Shown one piece after another: positions 39,296 through 54,660 of a stretch of 64,000 nt of DNA. The position numbers were made by a program, and so were the translations under genes. Source of the stretch: Eledone cirrhosa (Eukaryota); the NCBI GenBank assembly GCA_964016885.1, contig OZ024740.1, forward strand, positions 19,964,001 to 20,028,000, given 5' to 3'. The notes under the pieces are model-generated. The model was given only the letters and a program-made list of their open reading frames with translations, searched no databases and had not been told where the DNA came from. How positions within the stretch are numbered: the stretch's first letter is position 1; the number at the start of each line of letters is the position of its first letter.

Positions 39296-42200
39296 ACTGA
39301 TGCAGTGTCTCGACAGCTAACAACTGATGCAGTGATTCGACATCTAACAACTGATACAGTGTCCACGCAGGTAACAACTGATGCAGTGTCCTCTCGACAG
39401 GTAACAACTGATGAAGTGTCCTCTCGACAGCTAACAACTGATGCAATGTCCTCTAAACAGCTAACAACTTATGCAGTGTCCTCTCGACAGCTAACAACTG
39501 ATGCAGTGTCCTCTCGACAGCTAACAACTGATGCAGTGCCTCGACAGCTAACAACTGATGTAGTGTGCTCTCGACAGCTAACAACCTATGCAGTGTCCCG
39601 ACAGCTAACAAATGCTGCAGTGTCCCGACAGCTAACAACTGATGCAGTGTCCTCTCGACAGCTAACAACTGATGCAGTGTCCTAACAGCTAACAACTGAT
39701 GCAGTGTCCTCTCGAAAGCTAAAAACTGATGCAGTGTCCTCTCGACAGCTAACAACTGATGCAGTGTCTCGAAATCTAACAACTGATGCAGTGTCCCGAC
39801 AGCTAACAACTGATGCAGTGTCCTCTCGACAGCTAACAACTGATGCAGTGTCCTGACAGCTGACAACTGATGCAGTGTCCCGACAGCTAACAACTGATGC
39901 AGTGTCTCGACAGCTAACAACTGATGCAGTGACCCGACAGCTAACAACTGATGCGGTGATTCGACATCTAACCACTGATGCAGTGTCCTCTCGACAGCTA
40001 ACAACTGATGCAGTGTCCTCCCGACAGCTAACAACTGATGCAGTGTCCTCTCGAAAGCTAAAAACTGATGCAGTGTCCTCTCGACAGCTAACAACTGATG
40101 CAGCGTCTCGAAATCTAACAACTGATGCAGTGTCCCGACAGCTAACAACTGATGCAGTGTCCTCTCGACAGCTAACAACTGATGCAGTGTCCTGACAGCT
40201 GACAACTGATGCAGTGTCCCGACAGCTAACAACTGATGCAGTGTCTCGACAGCTAACAACTGATGCAGTGACCCGACAGCTAACAACTGATGCAGTGATT
40301 CGACATCTAACCACTGATGCAGTGTCCTCTCGACAGCTAACAACTGATGCAGTGTCCTCCCGACAGCTAACAACTGATGCAGTGTCCTCTCGACAGCTAA
40401 CAACTGATGCAGTGTCCTCTCGACAGCTAACAACTGATGCTGTGCTCAGACAGCTAACAACTGATGCAGTGTCCCGACAGCTAACAACTGATTCAGTGTC
40501 TCGACAGCTAACAACTGATGCAGTGCTTAGACAGCTAACAACTGATGCAGTGCTCAGACAGCTAACAACTGATGCAGTGTCTCGACAGCTAACAACTGAT
40601 GCAGTGTCCTCTCGACAGCTAACATATGATGCAGTGTCCTCTCGACAGCTAACAACTGATGCAGTGTCCTCTCGACAGCTAACAACTGATGCAGTGTCCT
40701 CTCGACAGCTAACAACTGATGATGTGTCTCGACAGCTAACAACTGATGCAGTGTCCTCTCGACAGCTAACAACTGATGCAGTGTCCTCTCGACAGCTAAC
40801 ATCTGATGCAGTGTCTCGACAGCTAACAACTGATGCAGTGTCTCGACAGCTAACAACTGATGCAGTGTCTCGACAGCTAAACAACTGATGCAGTGTCTCG
40901 ACAGCTAACAACTGATGCAGTGTCCTTCCGACAGCTAAAAACTAATGCAGTGTCCTCTCGTCAGCTAACAACTGATGCAGTGTCCTCTCGACAGCTAACA
41001 ACCTGATGCAGTGTCCTCTCGACAGCTAACAACTGATGCAGTGTCTCGACAGCTAACAACTGATGCAGTGTCTCGACAGCTAACAACTGATGCAGTGTCC
41101 TCTCGACAGCTAACAACTAATGCAGTGTCCTCTCGACAGCTAACAACTGATGCAGTGTCTCAAGAGCTAACAACTGATGCAGTGTCCCGACAGCTAACAA
41201 CTGATGCAGTGTCAACTCGACAGCTAACAACTGATGCAGTGTCCTCTCGACAGCTAACAACTGATGCAGTGCCTCGACAGCTAACAACTGATGTAGTGTC
41301 CTCTCGACAGCTAACAACCTATGCAGTGTCTCGACAGCTAACAACTGATGCAGTGCCTCGACAGCTAACAACTGCTGCAGTGTCCCGACAGCTAACAACT
41401 GATGCAGTGTCTAGACAGCTAACAACTGATGCAGTGTCCTCTCGACAGCTAACAACTGATGCAGTGTCCTCTCGAAAGCTAAAAACTGATGCAGTGTCCT
41501 CTCGACAGCTAACAACTGATGCAGTGTCTCGAAATCTAACCACTGATGCAGTGTCCCGACAGCTAACAACTGATGCAGTGTCTCGACAGCTAACAACTGA
41601 TGCAGTGACCCGACAGCTAACAACTGATGCAGTGATTCGACATCTAACCACTGATGCAGTGTCCTCTCGACAGCTACCAACTGATGCAGTGTCTCGACAG
41701 CTAACAACTGATGCAGTGTCTCGACAGCTAACAACTGATGCAGTGTCTCGACAGCTAACAACTGATGCAGTGATTCGACATCTAACAACTGATGAAGTGT
41801 CCTCTCGACAGCTAACAACTGATGCAATGTCCTCTAAACAGCTAACAACTTATGCAGTGTCCTCTCGACAGCTAACAACTGATGCAGTGTCCTCTCGACA
41901 GCTAACAACTGATGCAGTGTCCCGACAGCTAACAACTGATGCAGTGTCTCGACATCTAACAACTGATGCAGTGTCCCAATAGCTAACAACTGATGCAGTG
42001 TCCTCTCGACAGCTAACAACTGATGCAGTGTCCCGACAGCTGACAACTGATACAGTGTCCCGACAGCTAACAACTGATGCAGTGTCTCGACAGCTAACAA
42101 CTGATGCAGTGACCCGACAGCTAACAACTGATGCAGTGATTCGACATCTAACCACTGATGCAGTGTCCTCTCGACAGCTAACAACTGATGCAGTGTCCTC

Positions 42201-45200
42201 CCGACAGCTAACAACTGATGCAGTGTCCCGACAGCTAACAACTGATGCAGTGTCTCGACAGCTAATAACTGATGCAGTGTCCTCTCGACAGCTAACAACT
42301 GATGCAGTGTCCTCTCGACAGCTAACAACTGATGCAGTGACCTCTCGACAGCTAACAACTGATGCAGTGTCCTCTCGACAGCTAACAACTGATGCAGTGT
42401 CCTCTCGACAGCTAACAACTGATGCAGTGTCTCGACAGCTAACAACTGATGCAGTGTCTCGACAGCTAACAACTGATGCAGTGTCTCGACAGCTAACAAC
42501 TGATGCAGTGATTCGACATCTAACAACTGATACAGTGTCCACGCAGGTAACAACTGATGCAGTGTCCTCTCGACAGGTAACAACTGATGAAGTGTCCTCT
42601 CGACAGCTAACAACTGATGCAATGTCCTCTAAACAGCTAACAACTTATGCAGTGTCCTCTCGACAGCTAACAACTGATGCAGTGTCCTCTCGACAGCTAA
42701 CAACTGATGCAGTGTCCCGACAGCTAACAACTGATGCAGTGTCTCGACATCTAACAAATGATGCAGTGTCCCAATAGCTAACAACTGATGCAGTGTCCTC
42801 TCGACAGCTAACAACTGATGCAGTGTCCCGACAGCTAACAACTGATGCAGTGTCCTCTCGACAGCTAACAACTGATGCAGTGTCCTCTCGACAGCTAACA
42901 ACTGATGCAGTGTCCCGAGAGCTAACAACTGATGCAGTGTCCTCTCGACAGCTAATAACTGATGCAGTGTCCCGACAGCTAACAACTGATGCAGTGTCCT
43001 CTCGAAAGCTAGCAACTGATGCAGTGTCCCGACAGCTAACAACTGATGCAGTGTCCCGACAGCTAACAACTGATGCAGTGTCTCGACAGCTAACAACTGA
43101 TGCAGTGATTTGACATCTAACAACTGATGCAGTGTCCTCTCGACAGCTAACAACTGATGCAGTGTCTCGACAGCTAACAACTGATGCAGTGTCCTCTCGA
43201 CAGCTAACAACTGATGCAGTGTCCTCTCGACAGCTAACAACTGATGCAGTGTCCTCTCGACAGCTAACAACTGATGCAGTGTCTCAAGAGCTAACAACTG
43301 ATGCAGTGTCCCGACAGCTAACAACTGATGCAGTGTCAACTCGACAGCTAACAACTGATGCAGTGTCCTCTCGACAGCTAACAACTGATGCAGTGCCTCG
43401 ACAGCTAACAACTGATGTAGTGTCCTCTCGACAGCTAACAACCTATGCAGTGTCCCGACAGCTAACAACTGATGCAGTGCCTCGACAGCTAACAACAGCT
43501 GCAGTGTCCCGACAGCTAACAACTGATGCAGTGTCTCGACAGCTAACAACTGATGCAGTGTCCTCTCGACAGCTAACAACTGATGCAGTGTCCCAACAGC
43601 TAACAACTGATTCAGTGTCCTCTCGAAAGCTAAAAACTGATGCAGTGTCCTCTCGACAGCTAACAACTGATGCAGTGTCTCGAAATCTAACCACTGATGC
43701 AGTGTCCCGACAGCTAACAACTGATGCAGTGTCCTCTCAACAGCTAACAACTGATGCAGTGTCCTGACAGCTGACAACTGATGCAGTGTCCCGACAGCTA
43801 ACAACTGATGCAGTGTCTCGACAGCTAACAACTGATGCAGTGACCCGACAGCTAACAACTGATGCAGTGATTCGACATCTAACCACTGATGCAGTGTCCT
43901 CTCGACAGCTAACAACTGATGCAGTGTCCTCCCGACAGCTAACAACTGATGCAGTGTCCTCTCGAAAGCTAAAAACTGATGCAATGTCCTCTCGACAGCT
44001 AACAACTGATGCAGTGTCCTCTCGACAGCTAACAACTGATGCAGTGTCCTCTCGACAGCTAACATCTGATGCAGTGTCTCGACAGCTAACAACTGATGCA
44101 GTGTCTCGACAGCTAACAACTGATGCAGTGTCTCGACAGCTAAACAACTGATGCAGTGTCTCGACAGCTAACAACTGATGCAGTGTTCTTCCGACAGCTA
44201 ACAACTGATGCAGTGTCCCGACAGCTAACAACTGATGCAGTGTCTCGACAGCTAACAACTGATGCAGTGACGCGACAGCTAACAACTGATGCAGTGATTC
44301 GACATCTAACCACTGATGCAGTGTCCTCTCGACAGCTAACAACTGATGCAGTGTCCTCCCGACAGCTAACAACTGATGCAGTGTCCTCTCGAAAGCTAAA
44401 AACTGATGCAGTGTCCTCTCGACAGCTAACAACTGATGCAGTGTCCTCTCGACAGCTAACAACTGATGCAGTGTCCTCTCGACAGCTAACAACTGATGCA
44501 GTGTCCTCTCGACAGCTAACAACTGATGCAGTGTCCTCTCGACACGTAACAACTGATGAAGTGTCCTCTCGACAGCTAACAACTGATGCAATGTCCTCTA
44601 TACAGCTAACAACTTATGCAGTGTCCTCTCGACAGCTAACAAATGATGCAGTGTCCTCTCGACAGCTAACAACTGATGCAGTGTCCCGACAGCTAACAAC
44701 TGATGCAGTGTCTCGACATCTAACAACTGATGCTGTGTCCCAATAGCTAACAACTGATGCAGTGTCCTCTCGACAGCTAACAACTGATGCAGTGTCCCGA
44801 CAGCTAACAACTGATGCAGTGTCCTCTCGACAGCTAACAACTGATGCAGTGTCCTCTCGACAGCTAACAACTGATGCAGTGTCCCGACAGCTAACAACTA
44901 ATGCAGTGTCCTCTCGACAGCTAACAACTGATGCAGTGTCCTCTCGACAGCTAACAACTGATGCAGTGTCCCGACAGCTAACAACTGATGCAGTGTCCTC
45001 TCGACAGCTAACAACTGATGCAGTGTCCCGACAGCTAACAACTGATGCAGTGTCCTCTCGTAAGCTAACAACTGATGCAGTGTCCCGACAGCTAACCACT
45101 GATGCAGTGTCCCGACAGCTAACAACTGATGCAGTGTCTCGACAGCTAACAACTGATGCAGTGCCTCGACAGCTAACAACTGATGCAGTGTCCCGACAGC

Positions 45201-48200
45201 TAACAACTGATGCAGTGTCTCGACAGCTAACAACTGATGCAGTGTCCTCTCGACAGCTAACAACTGATGCAGTGTCCCAACAGCTAACAACTGATGCAGT
45301 GTCTCGACAGCTAACAACTGATGCAGTGTCCTTCCGACAGCTAACAACTGATGCAGTGTCCTCTCGACAGCTAACAACTGATGCAGTGGCCCGACAGCTA
45401 AAATCTGATGAGGTGTCTCGACAGCTAACAACTGATGTAGTGTCTCGACAGCTAACAACTGATGCAGTGTCCTTCCGACAGCTAACAACTGATGCAGTGT
45501 CCTCTCGACAGCAAACAACTGATGCAGTGTCCCGACAGCTAACAACTGATGCAGTGTCCCGACAGCTAACAACTGATGCAGTGTCCTCTCGACAGTTAAC
45601 AACTGATGCAGTGTCCTCTCGACAGCTAACAACTGATGCAGTGTCTCAAGAGTTAACAACTGATGCAGTGTCCCGACAGCTAACAACTGATGCAGTGTCA
45701 ACTCTACAGCTAACAACTGATGCAGTGTCCTCTCGACAGCTAACAACTGATGCAGTGTCTCAAGAGTTAACAACTGATGCAGTGTCCCGACAGCTAACAA
45801 CGTATGCAGTGTCCCGACATCTAACAACTCATGCAGTGCCTCGACAGCTAACAACTGCTGCAGTGTCCCGACAGCTAACAACTGATGCAGTGTCTCGACA
45901 GCTAACAACTGATGCAGTGTCCTCTCGACAGCTAACAACTGATGCAGTGTCCCAACAGCTAACAACTGATGCAGTGTCCTCTCGAAAGCTAACAACTGAT
46001 GCAGTGTCTCGAAATCTAACAACTGATGCAGTGTCCCGACAGCTAACAACTGATGCAGTGTCCTCTCGACAGCTAACAACTGATGCAGTGTCCTGACAGC
46101 TGACAACTGATGCAGTGTCCCGACAGCTAACAACTGATGCAGTGTCTCAACAGCTAACAACTGATGCAGTGACCCGACAGCTAACAACTGATGCAGTGAT
46201 TCGACATCTAACCACTGATGCAGTGTCCTCTGGACAGCTAACAACTGATGCAGTGTCCCGACAGCTAACAGCTGATGCAGTGTCTCGAAATCTAACAACT
46301 GATGCAGTGTCTCGACAGCTAACAACTGATGCAGTGTCCTCTCGACAGCTAACAACTGATGAAGTGTCCTCTCGACAGCTAACAACTGATGAAGTGTCCT
46401 CTCGACAGCTAACAACTGATGAAGTGTCTCGACAGCTAACAACTGATGCAGTGTCCTCTCGACAGCTAACAACTGATGAAGTGTCCTCTCGACAGCTAAC
46501 AACTGATGAAGTGTCTCGACAGCTAACAACTGATGCAGTGTCCTCTCGACAGCTAACAACTGATGCAGTGTCCCGACAGCTAACAACTGATGCAGTGTCC
46601 TCTCGACAGCTAACAACTGATGAAGTGTCTCGACATCTAACAACTGATGCAGTGTCCTCTCGACAGCTAACAACTGATGCAGTGTCCTCTCGACAGCTAA
46701 CAACTGATGCAGTTTCCTCTCGACAGCTAACAACTGATGCAGTGTCTCGACAGCTAACAACTGATGCAGTGTCTCGACAGCTAACAACTGATGCAGTGTC
46801 TCAACAGCTAACAACTGATGCAGTGATTCGACATCTAACAACTGATACGGTGTCCACGCAGGTAACAACTGATGCAGTGTCCTCTCGACAGGTAACAACT
46901 GATGAAGTGTCCTCTCGACAGCTAACAACTGATGCAATGTCCTCTAAACAGCTAACAACTTATGCAGTGTCCTCTCGACAGCTAACAACTGATGCAGTGT
47001 CCTCTCGACAGCTAACAACTGATGCAGTGTCCCGTCAGCTAACAACTGATGCAGTGTCTCGACATCTAACAAATGATGCAGTGTCCCAATAGCTAACAAC
47101 TGATGCAGTGTCCTCTCGACAGCTAACAACTGATGCAGTGTCCCGACAGCTAACAACTGATGCAGTGTCCTCTCGACAGCTAACAACTGATGCAGTGTCC
47201 TCTCGACAGCTAACAACTGATGCAGTGTCCCGACAGCTAACAACTGATGCAGTGTCCCCTCGACAGCTAACAACTGATGCAGTGTCCTCTCGACAGCTAA
47301 CAACTGATGCAGTGTCCCGAGAGCTAACAACTGATGCAGTGTCCTCTCGACAGCTAATAACTGATGCAGTGTCCCGACAGCTAACAACTGATGCAGTGTC
47401 CTCTCGAAAGCTAACAACTGATGCAGTGTCCCGACAGCTAACAACTGATGCAGTGTCCCGACAGCTAACAACTGATGAAGTGTCCTCTCGACAGCTAACA
47501 ACTGATGCAGTGATTTGACATCTAACAACTGATGCAGTGTCCTCTCGACAGCTAACAACTGATGCAGTGTCCTCTCGACAGCTAACAACTGATGCAGTGT
47601 CTCGACAGCTAACAACTGATGCAGTGTCTCGACAGCTAACAACTGATGCAGTGTCCTCTCGACAGCTAACAACTGATGCAGTGTCCTCTCGACAGCTAAC
47701 ACCTGATGCAGTGTCTCAAGAGCTAACAACTGATGCAGTGTCCCGACAGCTAACAACTGATGCAGTGTCAACTCGACAGCTAACAACTGATGCAGTGTCC
47801 TCTCGACAGCTAACAACTGATGCAGTGCCTCGACAGCTAACAACTGATGTAGTGTCCTCTCGACAGCTAACAACCTATGCAGTGTCCCGACAGCTAACAA
47901 CTGATGCAGTGCCTCGACAGCTAACAACTGCTGCAGTGTCCCGACAGCTAACAACTGATGCAGTGTCTCGACAGCTAACAACTGATGCAGTGTCCTCTCG
48001 ACAGCTAACAACTGATGCAGTGTCCCAACAGCTAACAACTGATGCAGTGTCCTCTCGAAAGCTAAAAACTGATGCAGTGTCCTCTCGACAGCTAACAACT
48101 GATGCAGTGTCTCGAAATCTAACCACTGATGCAGTGTCCCGACAGCTAACAACTGATGCAGTGTCCTCTCGACAGCTAACAACTGATGCAGTCTCCTGAC

Positions 48201-51200
48201 AGCTGACAACTGATGCAGTGTCCCGACAGCTAACAACTGATGCAGTGTCTCGACAGCTAACAACTGATGCAGTGACCCGACAGCTAACAACTGATGCAGT
48301 GATTCGACATCTAACCACTGATGCAGTGTCCTCTCGACAGCTAACAACTGATGCAGTGTCCTCCCGACAGCTAACAACTGATGCAGTGTCCTCTCGAAAG
48401 CTAAAAACTGATGCAGTGTCCTCTCGACAGCTAACAACTGATGCAGTGTCCTCTCGACAGCTAACAACTGATTCAGTGTCCTCTCGACAGCTAACATCTG
48501 ATGCAGTGTCTCGACAGCTAACAACTGATGCAGTGTCTCGACAGCTAACAACTGATGCAGTGTCTCGACAGCTAAACAACTGATGCAGTGTCTCGACAGC
48601 TAACAACTGATGCAGTGTCCTTCCGACAGCTAACAACTAATGCAGTGTCCCGACAGCTAACAACTGATGTAGTGTCTCGACAGCTAACAACTGATGCAGT
48701 GACCCGACAGCTAACAACTGATGCAGTGATTCGACATCTAACCACTGATGCAGTGTCCTCTCGACAGCTAACAACTGATGCAGTGTCCTCCCGACAGCTA
48801 ACAACTGATGCAGTGTCCTCTCGAAAGCTAAAAACTGATGCAGTGTCCTCTCGACAGCTAACAACTGATGCAGTGTCCTCTCGACAGCTAACAACTGATG
48901 CAGTGTCCTCTCGACAGCTAACAACTGATGCAGTGTCCTCTCGACAGCTAACAACTGATGCAGTGTCCTCTCGACAGGTAACAACTGATGAAGTGTCCTC
49001 TCGACAGCTAACAACTGATGCAATGTCCTCTATACAGCTAACAACTTATGCAGTGTCCTCTCGACAGCTAACAACTGATGCAGTGTCCTCTCGACAGCTA
49101 ACAACTGATGCAGTGTCCCGACAGCTAACAACTGATGCAGTGTCTCGACATCTAACAACTGATGCAGTGTCCCAATAGCTAACAACTAATGCAGTGTCCT
49201 CTCGACAGCTAACAACTGATGCAGTGTCCCGACAGCTAACAACTGATGCAGTGTCCTCTCGACAGCTAACAACTGATGCAGTGTCCTCTCGACAGCTAAC
49301 AACTGATGCAGTGTCCCGACAGCTAACAACTGATGCAGTGTCCTCTCGACAGCTAACAACTGATGCAGTGTCCTCTCGACAGCTAACAACTGATGCAGTG
49401 TCCCGCCAGCTAACAACTGATGCAGTGTCCTCTCGACAGCTAACAACTGATGCAGTGTCCCGACAGCTAACAACTGATGCAGTGTCCTCTCGACAGCTAA
49501 CAACTGATGCAGTGTCCCAACAGCTAACAACTGATGCAGTGTCTCGACAGCTAACAACTGATGCAGTGTCCTTCCGACAGCTAACAACTGATGCAGTGTC
49601 CTCTCGACAGCTAACAACTGATGCAGTGGCCCGACAACTAAAATCTGATGAGGTGTCTCGACAGCTAACAACTGATGTAGTGTCTCGACAGCTAACAACT
49701 GATGCAGTGTCCTTCCGACAGCTAACAACTGATGCAGTGTCCTCTCGACAGCTAAAAACTGATGCAGTGATTCGACATCTAACAACTGATGCAGTGTCCT
49801 CTCGACAGCTAACAACTGATGCAGTGGCCCGACAGCTAACAACTGATGCAGTGTCCCGACAGCTAACAACTGATGCAGTGTCTCGACATCTAACAACTGA
49901 TGCAGTGTCCTCTCGACAGCTAACAATTGATGCAGTGTCCCAACAGCTAACAACTGATGCAGTGTCTCGACAGCTAACAACTGATGCAGTGTCCTTCCGA
50001 CAGCTAACAACTGATGCAGTGTCTCGACAGCTAACAACTGATGTAGTGTCTCGACAGCTAACAACTGATGCAGTGTCCTTCCGACAGCTGACAACTGATG
50101 CAGTGTCCTCTCGACAGCTAACAACTGATGCAGTGGCCCGACAGCTAAAATCTGATGAGGTGTCTCGACAGCTAACAACTAATGCAGTGTCCTCTCGACA
50201 GCTAACAAAATATGCAGTTTCCTCTCGACAGCTAACACCTGATGCAGTGTCCTTTCGACAGCTAACAACTGATGCAGTGTCCTCTCGACAGCTAACAAAA
50301 TATGCAGTTTCTTCTCGACAGCTAACAACTGATGCAGTGTCCTCCCGACAGATAACAACTGATGCAGTGTCCTCTCGACAGCTAACAACTGATGCAGTCT
50401 TCCGACAGCTAACAACTGAAGCAGTGTCCCCTCGACAACTAACAACTGATGCAGTGTCCCAACAGCTAACAAATGATACAGTGTCTCGACAGCTAACAAC
50501 TGATGCAGTGTCCCGAAAGCTAACAACTGATGCAGTGTCTCGAGAAGCTAACAACTGATGCAGTGTCCCGAAAGCTAACAACTGATGCAGTGTCCCGACA
50601 GCTAACAACTGATGCAGTGTCCCGACAGCTAACAACTGATGCAGTGTCCTCTCGACAGTTAACAACTGATGCAGTGTCCTCTCGACAGCTAACAACTGAT
50701 GCAGTGTCTCAAGAGTTAACAACTGATGCAGTGTCCCGACAGCTAACAACTGATGCAGTGTCAACTCGACAGCTAATCACTGATGCAGTGTCCTCTCGAC
50801 AGCTAACAACTGATGCAGTGTCTCAAGAGTTAACAACTGATGCAGTGTCCCGACAGCTAACAACCTATGCAGTGTCCCGACATCTAACAACTCATGCAGT
50901 GCCTCGACAGCTAACAACTGCTGCAGTGTCCCGACAGCTAACAACTGATGCAGTGTCTCGACAGCTAACAACTGATGCAGTGTCCTCTCGACAGCTAACA
51001 ACTGATGCAGTGTCCCAACAGCTAACAACTGATGCAGTGTCCTCTCGAAAGCTAACAACTGATGCAGTGTCTCGAAATCTAACAACTGATGCAGTGTCCC
51101 GACAGCTAACAACTGATGCAGTGTCCTCTCGACAGCTAACAACTGATGCAGTGTCCTGACAGCTGACAACTGAGGCAGTGTCCCGACAGCTAACAACTGA

Positions 51201-51369
51201 TGCAGTGTCTCAACAGCTAACAACTGATGCAGTGACCCGACAGCTAACAACTGATGCAGTGATTCGACATCTAACCACTGATGCAGTGTCCTCTGGACAG
51301 CTAACAACTGATGCAGTGTCCCGACAGCTAACAACTGATGCAGTGTCTCGAAATCTAACAACTGATGCA

Positions 51370-54300
51370 GTGTCTCGACAGCTAACAACTGATGCAGTGT
51401 CCTCTCGACAGCTAACAACTGATGAAGTGTCCTCTCGACAGCTAACAACTGATGAAGTGTCCTCTCGACAGCTAACAACTGATGAAGTGTCTCGACAGCT
51501 AACAACTGATGCAGTGTCCTCTCGACAGCTAACAACTGATGCAGTGTCCCGACAGCTAACAACTGATGCAGTGTCCTCTCGACAGCTAACAACTGATGAA
51601 TTATCCTCTCGACAGCTAACAACTGATGCAGTGTCCCGACAGCTAACAACTGATGCAGTGTCCTCTCGACAGCTAACAACTGATGCAGTGTCCTCTCGAC
51701 AGCTAACAACTGATGAAGTGTCCTCTCGACAGCTAACAACTGATGAAGTGTCCTCTCGACAGCTAACAACTGATGCAGTGTCCTCTCGACAGCTAACAAC
51801 TGATGAAGTGTCCTCTCGACAGCTAACAACTGATGCAGTGTCTAGACAGCTAACAACTGATGCAGTGTCCTCTCGACAGCTAACAACTGATGCAGTGTCC
51901 TCTCGACAGCTAACAACTGATGCAGTGTCCTCTCGACAGCTAACAACTGATGCAGTGTCTCGACAGCTAACAACTGATGCAGTGTCCTCTCGACAGCTAA
52001 CAACTGATGCAGTGTCCTCTCGACAGCTAACAACTGATGCAGTGTCCTCTCGACATCTAACAACTGATGCAGTGTCCTCTCGACAGCTAACAACTGATGA
52101 AGTGTCTCGACAGCTAACAACTGATGCAGTGTCCTCTCGACAGCTAACAACTGATGCAGTGTCCTCTCGACAGCTAACAACTGATGCAGTGTCCTCTCGA
52201 CAGCTAACAACTGATGCAGTGTCCCGACAGCTAACAACTGATGCAGTGTCCCGACAACTAACAACTGATGCAGTGTCCTCTCGACAGCTAACAACTGATG
52301 CAGTGTCCTCTCGACAGCTAACAACTGATGCAGTGTCCTCTCGACAGCTAACAACTGATGAAGTGTCCTCTCGACAGCTAACAACTGATGCAGTGTCTCG
52401 ACAGCTAACAACTGATGCAGTGTCCTCTCGACAGCTAACAACTGATGCAGTGTCCTCTCGACAGCTAACAACTGATGCAGTGTCCTCTCGACAGCTAACA
52501 ACTGATGCAGTGTCTCGACAGCTAACAACTGATGCAGTGTCCTCTCGACAGCTAACAACTGATGCAGTGTCCTCTCGACAGCTAACAACTGATGCAGTGT
52601 CCTCTCGACATCTAACAACTGATGCAGTGTCCTCTCGACAGCTAACAACTGATGCAGTGTCCCGACAGCTAACAACTCATGCAGTGTCCTCTCGACAGCT
52701 AACAACTGATGCAGTGTCTCGACATCTAACAACTGATGCAGTGTCCTCTCGACAGCTAACAACTGATGAAGTGTCCTCTCGACAGCTAACAACTGATGCA
52801 GTGTCCTCTTGACAGCTAACATCTGATGCAGTGTCCTCTCGACAGCTAACAACTGATGCAGTGTCCTCTCGACAGCTAACAACTGATGCAGTGTCCTCTC
52901 GACAGCTAACAACTGATGCAGTGTCCTCTCGACAGCTAACAACTGATGCAGTGTCCTCTCGACAGCTAACAAATGATGAAGTGTCTCGACAGCTAACAAC
53001 TGATGCAGTGTCCTCTCGACAGCTAACAACTGATGCAGTGTCCCGACAGCTAACAACTGATGCAGTGTTCTCTCGACAGCTAACAACTGATGCAGTGTCC
53101 TCTCGACAGCTAACAACTGATGCAGTGTCCTCTCGACAGCTAACAACTGATGAAGTGTCCTCTCGACAGCTAACAACTGATGAAGTGTCCTCTCGACAGC
53201 TAACAACTGATGCAGTGTCCTCTCGACAGCTAACAACTGATGAAGTGTCCTCTCGACAGCTAACAACTGATGCAGTGTCTCGACAGCTAACAACTGATGC
53301 AGTGTCCTCTCGACAGCTAACAACTGATGCAGTGTCCTCTCGACAGCTAACAACTGATGCAGTGTCCTCTCGACAGCTAACAACTGATGCAGTGTCTCGA
53401 CAGCAAACAACTGATGCAGTGTCCTCTCGACAGCTAACAACTGATGCAGTGTCCTCTCGACAGCTAACAACTGATGCAGTGTCCTCTCGACATCTAACAA
53501 CTGATGCAGTGTCCTCTCGACAGCTAACAACTGATGAAGTGTCTCGACAGCTAACAACTGATGCAGTGTCCTCTCGACAGCTAACAACTGATGCAGTGTC
53601 CTCTCGACAGCTAACAACTGATGCAGTGTCCTCTCGACAGCTAACAACTGATGAAGTGTCCTCTCGACAGCTAACAACTGATGAAGTGTCCTCTCGACAG
53701 CTAACAACTGATGAAGTGTCTCGACAGCTAACAACTGATGCAGTGTCCTCTCGACAGCTAACAACTGATGAAGTGTCCTCTCGACAGCTAACAACTGATG
53801 AAGTGTCTCGACAGCTAACAACTGATGCAGTGTCCTCTCGACAGCTAACAACTGATGCAGTGTCCCGACAGCTAACAACTGATGCAGTGTCCTCTCGACA
53901 GCTAACAACTGATGAAGTATCCTCTCGACAGCTAACAACTGATGCAGTGTCCCGACAGCTAACAACTGATGCAGTGTCCTCTCGACAGCTAACAACTGAT
54001 GCAGTGTCCTCTCGACAGCTAACAACTGATGAAGTGTCCTCTCGACAGCTAACAACTGATGAAGTGTCCTCTCGACAGCTAACAACTGATGCAGTGTCCT
54101 CTCGACAGCTAACAACTGATGAAGTGTCCTCTCGACAGCTAACAACTGATGCAGTGTCTCGACAGCTAACAACTGATGCAGTGTCCTCTCGACAGCTAAC
54201 AACTGATGCAGTGTCCTCTCGACAGCTAACAACTGATGCAGTGTCCTCTCGACAGCTAACAACTGATGCAGTGTCTCGACAGCTAACAACTGATGCAGTG

Positions 54301-54660
54301 TCCTCTCGACAGCTAACAACTGATGCAGTGTCCTCTCGACATCTAACAACTGATGCAGTGTCCTCTCGACAGCTAACAACTGATGAAGTGTCTCGACAGC
54401 TAACAACTGATGCAGTGTCCTCTCGACAGCTAACAACTGATGAAGTGTCTCGACATCTAACAACTGATGCAGTGTCCTCTCGACAGCTAACAACTGATGC
54501 AGTGTCCTCTCGACAGCTAACAACTGATGAAGTGTCTCGACAGCTAACAACTGATGCAGTGTCCTCTCGACAGCTAACAACTGATGCAGTTTCCTCTCGA
54601 CAGCTAACAACTGATGCAGTGTCTCGACAGCTAACAACTGATGCAGTGTCTCGACAGCTA
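51370..54660 (+). repeat. Homogeneous sub-array rich in 30-mers and in the TGATGAAGTG variant (copy 1)
   Basis: Long runs of the plain 30-mer with frequent GCA>GAA monomers and few other variants. Confidence 0.85.

Larger units (their letters stand above)
22350..42715 (+). repeat. Central domain: seven units of a 3203-bp HOR family (full-length, deleted and internally duplicated forms)
   Basis: The marker 'gtagtgtgctctc' lies at 22426, 25628, 27071, 30274, 32056, 35259 and 39563 (spacings 3202, 1443, 3203, 1782, 3203, 4304). Domain-specific variants are 'gatgcggtgattc', 'gcagcgtctcgaaatc', 'gcttagac' and 'ctaccaact'. Confidence 0.92.

Noticed and set aside
51410-51500. C/D-box snoRNA cluster (TGATGA and CTGA in the GAA variant)
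   Set aside because: The boxes are overlapping by-products of one SNP in the monomer, with no distinct guide sequences or terminal stems defining separate RNAs.
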